From Octopus vulgaris (Eukaryota): a DNA stretch of 64,000 nucleotides. Shown in pieces: positions 13,630 to 27,397 of this stretch. Position 1 is the stretch's first letter. Each line of letters starts with the position of its first letter. The position numbers and the translations under genes are program-made. The notes beneath the pieces are model-generated. The model was given only the letters and a program-made list of their open reading frames with translations. It was not told the DNA's origin and did no database searches. The stretch spans positions 181,536,001 to 181,600,000 of the forward strand of contig OX597814.1 in the NCBI GenBank assembly GCA_951406725.2. Direction: 5' to 3'.

Positions 13630-14237
13630 AGAAAGTACTGGGTGTATTTTTAGTGCGCCAGTACTAGGGAGGTTACCACGTCACCCTTACATTTAACAGA
13701 TTGTATTGAGTGCATTTTATTGTGACACTAAATATTTGTAAGCAACATATGCTAATTATTCGCCTACAACTAAAGCCAACAGGAACTATACAAATTTTTA
13801 ACACTCTTTCAGATTTAAAAAAAAAACTTACAAAGGAAAATTACAAATACAACAGGCAAAGTTTATCGTTATTTAAATAAATGCATTACAATATCTGATA
13901 ATTTATAAAATATATTAAATCATACGACGTTAGTTCATTTTAATATTATAGTATCTAGGCTTAGACTAATTAACATTCGTACCATGCTCAGTTTAATTAG
14001 TTTTCGTCTACCCCTTTTATTTTTGTAACGGAGTATGTTTATATACTTAAAATATGTACCCCTTCGTTTTGTTTTTCTGAAGTAATTTATATAATGAGAA
14101 ATTCAGGAACTAACTTATTTCTTCAGATCATACAACACATTAAACTAGGCTAATTCCTTGGCTTAAATGCTAACCAAAATACAGTAAACAATAGATAAAT
14201 ACACACACACACACATAAAGGTAATAATGTGGTGTAG

Positions 14238-14651
<414 letters not shown>

Positions 14652-14749
14652 TAATCCAAACAAGAAAGCACAAAAAAAAACACAACAACGCGAGGAAGTG
14701 GAACAAATATAGTATTATTGGATGCTCAGGAAAGAAGGAAAGATGGAGG

Positions 14750-14784
14750 GTTTAACGTTTCGAGCGGAGCTCTTCGTCGGAAAC
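14750..14784 (-). ncRNA. Minimal hammerhead variant (Penelope-type, palindromic stem III)
   Basis: Minus strand reads gttt-CCGACGA-a-gagc[tcc]gctc-GAAACGTT-aaac, inside a repeat flanked by (TA)n. Confidence 0.55.
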
Positions 14785-15109
14785 ATAGGAGAAGGAAAGA
14801 TCCCGAGAAGGGAAGACAGAGGGAAAAAAAATCGCCAACGGTACACACGCGGTCACATATATATACATATGAATGTGTGTATGCATTTATATATATATGT
14901 ATATGTATATATATATACATATATATATATGTGTGTGTGTGTGTGTGTTTGCAAATAAAGGAATGATAAGGGAAGAGTTGATTACGTAATAGCAGTTCCC
15001 TTGTCATTCTTTTAATTTCATAGTATACTCTGCATTTGCCAAATACATTATCCGAAACATATATATTGAGTTCTAACAGCAGTGTGTGTGCGTGCGTGTG
15101 TGTACATAT

Positions 15110-15200
<91 letters not shown>

Positions 15201-15214
15201 CACACAATTTCTGG

Positions 15215-15900
15215 GGTGTTTTATGATATTCGGTGTCCACATGACTGGTTTGACTTGACAATGGAGAATACAATACTTAGCAGATTATACCACAGAATAG
15301 GTACTTCAAAACACACGCCATCTCTGGCTGCTACATGATGTAGCCGCCATATTTCAACTTTGTTGTTTTCCCAAGTTTAAAATACATCGTTAACTTCTTC
15401 AATACTGTTATAATAATAATTGAGCTTAAGGTTCACTTCAAAGATATGGGGCGTCGTAGCGTCAGCCTCGTTGGAAACACATCCAAAGATCATCACATTT
15501 GGGGGAACTTGGTTTTCATGCGTGAGACATCACATGGTTTGTAGGCAAGCTACCTGTTGTTCTGGGTGTTTTGCAACTGGTCCTGGCAGAATTTTTTTTT
15601 TATCTGAGAAGAACCAGCTCATTCCCAGCTCTACAGGAAACCTCAGCTTGTTCATGAGCTCCTTTGCCTTTGTCAAACGGTTCTTCTTGGTTTTGGCTGT
15701 CAGAATTTTTGTGAAAGCGCACGTACCCATTCATGGCTAGCTTCATGGTGGCGACTCCGACACCCACCTCTCTCGCCAAAGCCCAGATTCCCTTGCTCGG
15801 GTCCACAGTTGTTGGATAAACTCCGGCATGCGGACGCAGTCAAAACGCCTGCTGCGTCACTTCCTGCTGTTGTCCATGCCACGTCTCACAGTATTTGCTG
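15215..15900 (-). mobile_element. Tc1/mariner (maT/DD37D-like) transposase remnant
   Basis: Fragments ALAREVGV, RLTKAKELMNKL..WFFSDKK and TKFP.NVMIFGCVSNE. Confidence 0.65.
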
Positions 15901-16144
15901 TATTCACAGAGCAATGAGTAACAATTATGATAGCAATATTTTGATACCCGATGCGAATCATCATAATATTGTTAACTCTTTTCCAATATTGAACTGGCTT
16001 CCAGTCTTCTATATCAGGTAACTTTTTCTCAACTACAAATGTAATCTTTATTTTCTCCAACTCCGTCGACTGTTTCACCTGAAAACAAAAGGAGATTTTT
16101 AAAAATCGTCAAATTTAGTCCTAACACCATATAGATATACATAA

Positions 16145-17004
16145 ATGCATGCATACGTACATACATACATACATACATACATACATACATACATACATAC
16201 ATACATACATACATACATACATACATACATACATACATACATACATACATACATACATACATACATACGTACGTACTTACGTACATACATATTTGTATTT
16301 AGTTTTCTTCAATTTTCAATTCACTCTTTGTGTTCCATTTTTGTGGGAATTGGATCAGCTGCACAACTTGCACTATGATAAATTCAGTTCTGTCTATCAT
16401 GCGTGTGTGGTGTGTATGTATGTATGTATGTATGTATGTATGTATGTATGTATGTATGTATGTATGTATGTATGTATGTATGTATGTATGCATGCATGTA
16501 TGCAGGTATGCATGTATGTATGAATATATTACGTATGTACATACGTACATGCATAAACACATTTATGTATAGGCATGGCTGTGTGGCTAAAAAATTTGTT
16601 CCCCAACCACTTAGTTTCTGGTTCAGTCCCACTGCGTAGCACCTTGGTTATAGGAAAAATAACTTCTACTATAACTTCGGGCTAACCAAAGCCTTTTGAG
16701 TCGGTTTGGCTGGCGGAAACTGAAAGAAACTCGAATACATATATTCTTTTGTTCTTTTATTTGTTTCAGTCATTTGACTGCAGCCATGCTGGAGCACCGC
16801 CTTTAGTCGAGCAAATTGACCCCAGGACTTATTCTTTGTAAGCCTAGTACTTATTCTATCGGTGTCTTTTGCCGAACCGCTAAGTTGCGGGGACGTAAAC
16901 ACACCAACATCAGTTGTCAAGCGATGGTGGGGGATAAACACTAGTACACACATACATACATACATACATACATACATACATACATACATACATACATACA
17001 TACA

Positions 17005-17037
<33 letters not shown>

Positions 17038-18614
17038 GCATGCATATATGTGTGTGTGTGTGTGTGTATATATACGATGGGCTTCTTTCAGTTTCTGTCA
17101 ACCAAATCCACTCACAAGGCTTTTCCATTGCAGCCAAACATATAAAAACTAATTACCACCCCACTCAAACCTACATACCCAAAGATGATTTTAACTAAGC
17201 AGAGACTATATAAAGGCAATACTAACTCTAATGCATCGCAACCCGACGATGGTTTAGCTGTCCGAAGCTTCGAAGTCACTGTCAGCAACATCCTTGTATA
17301 AGAATAATAAATTTGTACTCTACAAAAATATTGAGTAACCCATCAGATGAATGTAAAATTGTTTTTTTATTATGACTGAACATATAAACGAACACACACA
17401 CACAAGACAGGTTTCGTCCATCTAGGTTTTCCTTACATTCCCCTTTCTTTTACGTTTTCCTATCAGACATTAACTTACAGATATTTAAGCTGCATATGAG
17501 TAGCATGAACCTTACTGCATTCAGATAGCTAGCAAAAATCATTAGCAAATCTCTTCCCCCGCTGATTAAGCTACTTAAAAAAATCTTACATGAACATTGT
17601 TAAAAGACCTTATTTATTTCTTATATGGGCGCTGAACATCTGAGTCATATGAGAGCGTTCAGATTATTAATATCAACACTTAGTGGACATCCAATTCCAG
17701 AAGCAGTAATAGAGTTTATCAAGTGCTACACTGGCTTGGCAAATTGCAGTTTTATCATCTCGCGAAGCAGTTACTATCCACAGGGCGCTAAACCTGGTGG
17801 CTAGGGTACTGGGGTCATGATTGTAAGGTCTTATATTCAGTTCCGGACTGGAAAGTGCGTTGTGTCCCTGAGCAAGGCACATCATTTCACTCAGCTGAAT
17901 TGAGAACCCGCATGAGTTACAAGTTAATTTTGAAACGGACTGGGATCCCGTTTAGTAGACATTTCTAAGGTGAGGGCAACGACTGCCTGACGTTCGATTT
18001 CCGCTGCTGAAAGTCTACTATGGTAGTGAGAGTTACCCGTTGGATTCGTGTTGATGATTGTTCACAACGTATTAAAAGAGTAAGGGAGTGAAGAGGTCGT
18101 TGTCGGTGATGTTGTTCAACCACTGACCTGCTCTCATCAAGCAAACCTTTGATGAAGGCTTTCCAGTCACGGCAAACCCAGCTTTAATTTAAGACATACT
18201 GTGTGTAGGACTGCATTATCCAGCTTGTCTATATTTTAATTTTTATAAAGGTTTAGGTATGATTTGATGGAGATTCAGTTTTTATTTCAAGAAAGTAAAG
18301 CGATTGCGTGGAATCTCCCTCGTAGGCTTGTCATCAGCACAGACTGAAAATTTTGTGGGTAAGGCGGCACCTTACACACATGTACACACACATGCACACA
18401 TACACACACACACACATGCACACACACAAATGCACACACACATACACACACACACACACACACACTCAAACCTGTGTGTGCATCTGTGTGTACATATATA
18501 TTTCTACGTATTTATACATATATATGTACGTACGTACGTACATACATGCATGCATGCATACATACATACAAACATACATACATACATACATACATACATA
18601 CATACATACATACA

Positions 18615-18647
<33 letters not shown>

Positions 18648-19364
18648 GCATGCATGCATACATACATACATACATACATACATACATACATACATACATA
18701 CATGCATATATGCATGCATGCATGCATGCATACATACATACATACATACATACATACATACATACATACATACATACATACATACATACATACACACACA
18801 CACATACACACATGATAGCTGCAAACTCTTGTTCGATTGTTGCAATCGTCTGATCGAAAGTCCCACACATACGAAGGCTACGACCGGTCATTTTTGAGAT
18901 AGATCATACTTTTCAAGTGATACCTGTGCATGGTGATTTTCTTTATAGTGGGGGAAAGGATTTGCACGAATCCAATCCCACTCCCTGAACACAGACAACA
19001 TAAACTCAAAAAAAAGAACTAGTCTACATCATCGAATATTGTCAGTGTTGTAGGTTTTCTCTCAGAGTTTCCCTCTCCTAGAGAGATGTGACAGCAAAGG
19101 GGCCTCCCATTCCCAGTGGGCTAACCGCTCGTCTGGACACCAACCTAGGTATTTCCACGCGCCCGCGCATACGTACATGAATATATACACATGTACACAT
19201 ATTGTTTGATGGCCGTTGACTACTCGTGGGCTCTTCCGCCGTTTGACAGGTCTTATTTTTCGTCCTATAGGATGTCCAACAATCATATACATACATACAT
19301 ACATACATACATACATACATACATACATACATACATACATACATACATACATACATACATACAT

Positions 19365-19397
<33 letters not shown>

Positions 19398-19400
19398 TAT
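16145..19400. repeat. Cluster of (CATA)n/(TATG)n tetranucleotide microsatellites (about 16145-16290, 16410-16525, 16950-17075, 18375-18812, 19286-19400)
   Basis: Directly visible. Source of the HTYI/MYVC ORFs. Confidence 0.9.
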
Positions 19401-19409
19401 GTCCCTTAT

Positions 19410-19581
19410 CTCGCGGTTCCCAATCTGGAGTTTGCAGACGGATGCTCAAAAATTGTTCTGGAGATCCGTGATCTGAATTCAAATTTTGTTGCGTAGACAT
19501 GAACTTTCAAAAGCCTGCGATACGTGAGAAAATTCATTAAAATAAAATGGTCATCCGTTGCAGGAAACGTTGGAAACCATT
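19410..19581. mobile_element. Old hAT-like MITE
   Basis: Imperfect termini (C)GCGGTTCCCAA...TTGGAAACCATTG. Confidence 0.4.
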
Positions 19582-20075
19582 GCCCTAAAGCGTAGTTTCT
19601 TTCGCTTATGCCAAATTGAGACATGTACTAGGCCTCTGACAGAAAATTTACGAAGTAGAACAAGAACGGTTTCAGACCCTGCAGTGGGGATCTCTTCTCA
19701 AAACATAAGTGATTGCGAGATTTTTTTTTTCGTTTTATGTTTAGAGAGCCTCATTAGATATATATCCATGGGTCCCTTCATGTGGCTCTCCTGGCTGTTT
19801 GTGCCCCGGAATGATGTATTGGCCGAACTTCTGTTATAGGCCCTGATTCGGTAAGTCAAGTACGAAACAACAAGGTAAGAACAACATTCAAACAAACAAA
19901 CAAAAATTCGATCCACAGCACACTAAATTAAGACACTAAACATGTTACAGCATACTATCAGATATTTAGAAGTTTTATATATAAAAAAGATTTTTTTTAA
20001 GTACCAGAACTGCTTTAAAACAGATGGACGATCGCATTGCGCTTCGTCGCATAGAAATACACATACCAGGTGCAA

Positions 20076-20110
<35 letters not shown>

Positions 20111-20439
20111 GCACTCAAATTTTCTAAGCTCAGCATTTTTCGATTCACTTAAAAAAGCTTCTACAAACCACACGCGACATCGTGTTTGAGAACGTCTGTC
20201 CTGCAAAATTTAGAAATAAGCACTAATATTTAGGAATATTCATAAATACCGAAAACTAGCCATAACAATAAGTGAGCTGTCACCAAATTCAAGGAAAGTT
20301 ACAAAATATAAGTACAAATTTTGTAAACTGTTGGCTTACATGATGTCTCTCTTTCATAACTCTTTATTCACAATAAAGTTACGTGTGTACGCAGGGGAAT
20401 ATGATCAAGGGAAGGAGAAGGAGTGTGTTTTGGAAGGTG

Positions 20440-20760
20440 TTGTCTATTTACTATGATTTCTTTCTTTTAAGCTAAAGAGCGTCGTCTGTTTACTAATATG
20501 ATTTCATTATTTATGCTGAAAAGCGTCGTCTGTTTACTAATATGTCATTTCACGTAAATTGTACCAACAACTCTCGCAAGAGGATTTGCTTCTCCCTTCA
20601 TCACCACTCCTCTCCACTACCTGCCCATTATGTCGCAGAAGAATTTCATTGGACCACATTGCCTACAGCAACGCCTTTCACGTGAGAGCACGTGAAACGG
20701 TAAGAGCTGAAAGTCGTGCTCATGATTGGATATATATTGGATCTACAATAATGAAACGAA
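20440..20760 (+). promoter_or_regulatory. Candidate promoter of the SLC7 gene
   Basis: Non-repetitive, CpG-containing segment about 600-900 bp upstream of the ATG. Carries twin E-boxes TTTCACGTGagagCACGTGAAA (20676-20697), three ATTGG (inverted CCAAT) boxes (20648, 20725, 20736) and a duplicated 23-mer containing TGTTTAC (20478-20500, 20522-20544). Confidence 0.45.
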
Positions 20761-21357
20761 CAAAAGAAAATAAGAGAAAAAGAATAAAGAGAAAGTGAAT
20801 GAGAAACGGGGGCGAGAGAAGAATAAAATAGCTTTAATTGGGTGTTTGAGTTAAGCGGTTTGCAGTTTTATTTGTTCCTTGTTTTTCTTTAATCAGCTTT
20901 TGTTTTGTATTATTTTTCCAACTAAGCATTCAGATTGTAAAAGATATTTTTTATCAAATTCAACTGTCTGCCAATCTGTGTAAGATAAGTTTAAATTATT
21001 AGATTAGCCACAACTAAATATTGAACTTTTCTAATTATTCTGCTGTTGTATAATTCCTTAGTCTCTGATGTCTTTTCAGTATTAATTTGAATAACAAATA
21101 TTTGTGAGTGAATGTGTGTGTGAGTGTGAGTGCGTGCGTGTGTGTGGGTAGATGTCACAATTGGAACACAAAACAGTTATGCATGCAAACTCAAACTAAT
21201 ATAAAAACATATGCATCGATGTATCAATACAAAGCTATTATTCAGTCTTTAGTTACATGCATATAAAATACGACAAATAACAGTAGAAATTAGATACTAA
21301 TCTGTTGGCCTACACACAGTTCACAGTTTACGTCGTTCTGCAGGAGAATTCTCGATC

Positions 21358-21552
21358 ATGGTCGCTGATAGTAACAAAAAGTCTCCTCCAAGCAGGACAT
21401 CCGATGACAGTTCACAAACAAGTGATAGTAGAGGTCCCGTGAAACTGCAAAAAAGGATTGGGCTCTTTTCTAGCGTCGGTATAATCATTGGTACAATTAT
21501 TGGATCAGGAATATTTGTCACGCCCCGAGGAGTCTACGAAGGAGCCGGGTCT
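21358..21552 (+). CDS. SLC7-family (LAT / heteromeric amino acid transporter light chain) gene, first coding exon
   Basis: ATG at 21358. Encodes MVADSNKK...VKLQKRIGLFSSVGIIIGTIIGSGIFVTPRGVYEGAGS, with the TM1 IGSGIF motif of SLC7A5-A11. Ends at a GTAAGT donor (21553, phase 0). A CAG acceptor at 21341-21343 suggests an upstream non-coding exon. The exact vertebrate ortholog cannot be assigned. Confidence 0.93.
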
Positions 21553-23024
21553 GTAAGTATTTCTTTCGTTTTTTGGTGCATTTCTTAAAAGTTGAAGTTA
21601 TATATAATATTCCATTTCAGCTCGTTCCTTTCAGATTTATAATGTTTAAGGATGATTTATTTTATAACATTTTTCTCTCTCTCTCCCCTCCTCTTCCTCC
21701 TGTCTGTCTTTCTCTCTTATTTGACATGACAGATCAGTAATGAAACCGAAATTTCAAATCTCAACACACACACACAAATATATATATAGTCACTTTACAA
21801 ATGTTCTCTTTGATGCAGTCGCACTAAGTATTCTATACTTGCATGTCTATCTCTGTGTGTGCCACTGGCTTTTGCTATATATGAATCTGAATGTATAGCT
21901 ACAAATAGAGAAACACACACACGCACACACAAACAAACAAACAAACAAGCATACATACACTGCGTGCGTTAAAGTATTTCATTAAAAATACTTTATCCTC
22001 CGTTCTCACCTGCTTTGACAGATACCAATTAAATCCTCCCAACTTTACTTCCCAAGACTAACACTTATGTTATTTATTATAGTAATTCTTATCTGGCCTC
22101 TTATATTGATATAGATATCTTCACTCAAACTCATTTCTTTTTTTTTTTTTGTGTGTTGTTATCAATCTATAATTGTTAATACCTGTTCAGGTGTATATTA
22201 CTTTTTATTAACAATTAACAAGCCAATGATTTTATTTTGGTAAACTTAAGCTTAACCCTTGCGTTCTATTACCTCGGTCGACCCAAGGGTTGCTGGCAAC
22301 CCGGGTAAGCTGAATTTTGACGCCCTTATAGTTGTTATTATTATTACTAAGACAAACACTTTTCTCTTTGGCCAATCCCTGATGAACTTCTTCAAGTTTC
22401 GCTTGAAAAGTAAAATATGGGAAGAGAGGGAAGTGCTGTCTTCTAGTCAGTTTGCTGAAAGGTGGATGAAAGTGGCGAGAATGGTGCGAGTGAACGGGCC
22501 TGCACTGAGCATACGCCTGTAGTTGGAAAAAAAAAGGAAAGGAAAAAGGCACCTACCCCAAAAGTCAGGGTACCCATGGCTTTTTATGGGGTTTGTCCAT
22601 GAGCAGTCCTCGAACGTCTCCTTTCTACTGAGGGTTACACATTGTTTTTTTTTTAATTTTGTTAGTTTTGTTTACAAGCAAAACCCAACAACACACATAT
22701 ACACATTATTTGTTTTGTCCTGTGCTATACTTAATGTTTTTCTTAATATAAACCCTTGTGGTTAATAAAGAAATCATCATCATTATTGAGTGACACTTGG
22801 GTGAAATATACGAAGTCCAGTATATTCATCATGACTACTCGTCTGATAAGGGTACACCAGGCACATGCATCACAACCATATGTGTGCGATATGGTGATCT
22901 CATATCAAGATAAACAGCACATTACTTTGCAGGTGGGGCTCAGTTAGAGTTTTCTTCGGGTCGAGTAGCCCATTCCGCTCAAAAAGTCTGTGAATAATAA
23001 TCCTTTCTATTATTATTATTATTA

Positions 23025-24215
23025 AAGACGTCGCACAATATCCAATATCATGATTTTGTTGATTGAAGATATTGTGTGTATCGGGGGTTTGTACTGTCTG
23101 TCGAGTCGCAACAAGAACCTCAGACAGACAGTACACGTGCAGTTCCAAGTAATGCTGATTTTTGCAATACACCTAGATTGTAGACTATTTCTAAAGTTTC
23201 TAGATGTTTTTTTCTGGATGGGTGGTATTGGTCCCAATGCTCCGATGACAATTGGGACAACCTTTATGTTTGACTCTCGTAGCTGCCATAATCTCTGCCT
23301 TTTGGGGGTTTCCTGGTATCTGAGATAGGTAGCAATCAGCCCCTTTTGCTATCATTCCTAGGGCCCCTATGACAACATGTATTGTTTTAGTCTTTAGTCT
23401 TCAGGTTCCACATTTTGCCAATTTCTATTTCAATATCTTAATACTTGCTCAGTTTTTGGTAGGTCTTGGCAAATACTTTTATATCGATTGGGACAGTCAT
23501 ATCAATGAGGAGGCATGATTTTGTCTGAAGTCTTTCAATATAATGTCTGGTCTATTCGAATCCATCTTTCTGTCAGTTTGAACGGTGAAGTTCCAGAGGA
23601 GTGAGATGTGATCATTTTCAAGCACTGGAGGTAGTTTGTGTTCCCACCAGTTTTTATCATGGGGTAGGTTCAGGTTTTTGCAAATTACCCAATGAATATA
23701 TTGTGCAGCTCTATCATTCCTGTTGAGATACTCTGTAGGCGCAAGAAGACTGCACATGGAGACAACATGATCAATGGTTTCATTCTGTTGTTTACATACA
23801 CGACATGTTGGGCTACTACCGTTCTTTAATAAGTTGGCCTGGTAGCTCCTTGTAGGTAAGCATTGATCTTGGGCTGCTATGATAAACCCTTCTGATTTTA
23901 AGCCAGAAGACACTAACCATTGATGGGCAAGGGCTTTGTCAACATCGGCATTATTAGGCTCTCTTTGGGTATTTGCCATTTAGAGGTTTTACTTGCCATT
24001 TATCAGTAGGAATATCTAAGGCAGCAGTATTAGCACGGGTTTTCACACGCTTAGCTTCTCCTGTGTTTGTTTCCAGTAGTCTAATTCTGGGATTTGTTGT
24101 ATTTGGAATTCACTTAGATATTCCTTTGCCTGTTTTGTTACTGAGTATGATGCTTTAAGACAAGTTTTAACATACAGTCATCAGAGTTTTTCAGATAGGT
24201 GTTTAGCCCATTTAT
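23025..24215 (-). mobile_element. R4/Dong-like non-LTR retrotransposon, 3' fragment
   Basis: SEGFIIAAQDQ, CRVC...ETIDHVVSMC zinc knuckle and LLWNFTVQTDR..RPDII restriction-like endonuclease. Bounded by (TAA)n. Confidence 0.85.
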
Positions 24216-24244
24216 GTCTATTATTATTATTATTACTATTATTT

Positions 24245-24456
24245 TTTTTTTTTTCCTTCTTTCTTCAAATTTTCTTCCGCTTCTCGCCGAGTGCTTTCCG
24301 TACACCTAGGGCAGAGAAGCTCATTGTATGCATTCCCAGATTACACACGCAAATTCACAGGTTAAATATGTATTTAAAAAATTAATAAATAAATTCCTGA
24401 ATGGATGTTGTTTTCACAGCGATAATGCCGTTCCAGTTAACATGATTTTTTTGCAC

Positions 24457-24533
<77 letters not shown>

Positions 24534-25085
24534 ACTCTTGATAGTTTCAGGTAGAATTTTACTGCATCGCCTACTACACTCACTTCTGTGTTGCTAGGGT
24601 GCATGCAGCATTGTGCGTTCTTTTTTGTTGTTGGTGGAATGCAAACTCTTCCCGATATTGCATTGCATCAGTTTGTATTCTTATAGGGTCCTTTTGTAGT
24701 CTTTTGCATAAGTGTTTGTATTGTGTGTGTAATGTGAGTTGTGTTTTTCTGTTGGGTATCCGGCCTGTAGAGTACCTGTTGTGGTGGTTGTTTTTATTTT
24801 GCTAGATATTTATTATATAGAGTGTGCCTTGTGTTTGTAGATTGTTTTGTTTGGGTTGTATTATTGAATTGATAGTGTCTTGCGTAGGATGTGGGCTGTT
24901 CCTAGCAGGGCTATTTTTTGGATAGTATATAGTGTTGAAGGTCCGGGTACACCTACGTTTTTGTCCACATATTTTTTTTTCATCATATCCAATGCTCCAG
25001 TTATTACTGGTGTTGTTTTCACCTTCACATCCCACATCTTGGACTCTTCAATTCCGAGGTCTTTGTACTTTGACAATTTCTCCAC
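24245..25085 (-). mobile_element. Two further R4/Dong-like 3' ends separated by a (TAA)n tract
   Basis: EKLSKYKDL...IQKIALLGTAHILRK (24861-25085) ends in (TAA)n at 24458-24531. A second VQKIMLTGTA-like end lies at about 24245-24457. Confidence 0.7.
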
Positions 25086-25156
25086 TTTTTATGGGGCAAT
25101 ATTTTGGTCATGTCATCATCATGTGAGACAGCAAACTAACAGAATCGTTAATACGC

Positions 25157-25760
25157 CTTAAGGCGGCGAACTGGCAGAATCGTTAGCACGCCGGGCGAAA
25201 TGCTTAGCGATATTTCATCTGCCGCTACGTTCTGAGTTCAAATTCCGCCGAGGTCGACCTTGCCTTTCATCCTTTCGGGGTCGATTAAATAAGTACCAGT
25301 TACGCACTGGGGTCGATATAATCGACTTAATCCGTTTGTCTTCCTTGTTTGTCCCCTCTGTGTGTAGCCCCCTTGTGAGCAGTAAAGAAATAGGTATTTC
25401 GTCTGCCGCTGCGTTCTGAATTCAAATTCCGCCGAGGTCGACTTTGCCTTTCATCCTTTCGGGGTCGATAAATTAAGTACCAGTTACGCACTGGGGTCGA
25501 TGTAATTGACTTAATCCCTTTGTCTGTCTTTGTTTGTCCCCTCTGTGTTTAACCCTTTGTGGGTAGTAAAGAAAGAGGTATTTCGTCCGTCTTTACGTTC
25601 TAAGTTCAAATTCCGCTAAGGTCGACTTTGCCTTTCATCCTTTCGGGGTCGATAAATTAAGTACAAGTTATGCACTGGGGTCGATGTAATCGACTTAATC
25701 CCTTTGTCTGTCCTTGTTTGTCCCCTCTGTGTTTAGCCCCTTGTGGACAATAAAGAAATA
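25157..25760 (+). mobile_element. Trimeric family-A SINE inserted into an older family-A copy
   Basis: Three units of about 184 bp. TSD AGAATCGTTAATACGC at 25141-25156 and 25761-25776. The host SINE resumes after 25776. Confidence 0.88.
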
Positions 25761-26739
25761 AGAATCGTTAATACGCAGGACAAAATGCTTAGCGGTATTC
25801 CATCGTCTTTACATTTTAAGTTCAAATGCCACCGAGGTCAAGTTAACCTTTCGTCCTTTCGAGGTCTATGAAATAAGTACCAGTTAAGCATTGGGGTCCC
25901 TTCCCGACCAAATTTCAGGCCTTGTGTCTTTAGTAGAAGGGATTATTATTATCATCACCATTTTTATTCTACCATGATTGACTTTGCTTGTTATCCTTCG
26001 AAGTCGATGAAATAAGTACCAGTTGAGCACTGGAAATTATCACGAACTTTCTTCTGGCTCATTACGTTCTAAGTTCAAATCCCGCTGTCAACTTTGCCCT
26101 TCCAAGGTCGATAAAAGAAAGTACCAATCCATTACAGGGTCGACGTAATCTACTACCCTTCTCCCCTAAAAACAACCCAGGTCTTGGGCCCAAATTTGAA
26201 AACATTACTACTACTACCACCACCGCCGCCGCCGCCACCACCACTAATCCCCACTACCACCACCACCACCACCACCACCACCACCACCACCACCACTACT
26301 ACTATTACTGCGCCGCTGCCACCACCACCACCACCACCACTACTACTACTACTACTACAAGGGGGAAATGGCAAACGTAGGAATAGCATTTATTACAATA
26401 TACTAGCTAAAGAGAACAGTTCAAACACAGCATCAAAGTTTTGAATCTTGTCAGTGATATAATTAAGAGAGGGAGAGAGAGAGGGTGGAGACAGACAGAC
26501 AGAGACTGTATTTACATTACTGGCAAGTATCTCAATATACAGTGGTGCCTTAACTTACGAATTTAATTCGTTCCGTAACGGAGCTCGTAACTCAAATTAC
26601 TCGTATGTCAAATCATTTTTCCCTATTGAAATGAACTGAAATGTTGTTAATCTGTTCCGGTCCCACACAAAAAAAAAACACCACAGTTTTTTTTTTTTTT
26701 TTTTTTTTTTTTGTTACATATTTTTAGATAAGCAAAATG

Positions 26740-27156
26740 GGATCTTTTCGGTTTGAACGGCAGTTTTTTTTAAATAATTTCCACGTAACTAAACACTTTT
26801 AAACTTCGTATACTGGTAGAATGTGTTTATAAAACATCTTTTTCTCTTGGCTTTATTGAGAAAATTCTATGGTTTGTAAGATATTTGTTGTTTTTCTTCT
26901 TCAATTTCTGCAATTTCAACCAATGAATGACATCTATTGAGATGAAAACATTCTGTGCTGTATGAATATGTCCCTCGTTTAAGAAACAGATTGGGTTTAT
27001 TTACATTTGTGAAGAAAAATGATACCCTTCCCCCCACTCCTAACCCTAACGCTAAAACAGATTGAAATGCAATAGATCGATACTAGGTTCATAATTATGG
27101 GTGACAATTTCATATGACACCGCTAGAAAAAACTGCCGTTCAAACCGAAAAGATCC
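26740..27156. mobile_element. Merlin-like MITE nested in Tigger
   Basis: TIR GGATCTTTTCGGTTTGAACGGCAGTTTT. 8-bp TSD GCAAAATG. GG...CC termini. Confidence 0.85.
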
Positions 27157-27397
27157 GCAAAATGTACTTATAAATAACGAATACAGTATTTAAACAAATA
27201 CAATAGAATGTACTGCAATAAACTGGTTTTATTAAGTATAATGTACCACATTTACCTTGGAGATCAGACGGTTTGAGGATGCTGACGGAGGTGGAGGAGA
27301 AAGGCTGAACTGAATAACTGAATCTTATTCGCTGATTTTTGCTCTTTTCGCCACGTTTTCCTCACTTTCACCTGCAAGAGTTTTCGATAAAAATCTG

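Noticed and set aside
26184-26444. Pro/Thr-rich ORF
   Set aside because: Trinucleotide (CCA/CTA)n repeat with no splice or homology support.
27038-27056. Telomere-like CCTAACCCTAAC
   Set aside because: Only two units, internal to a MITE.
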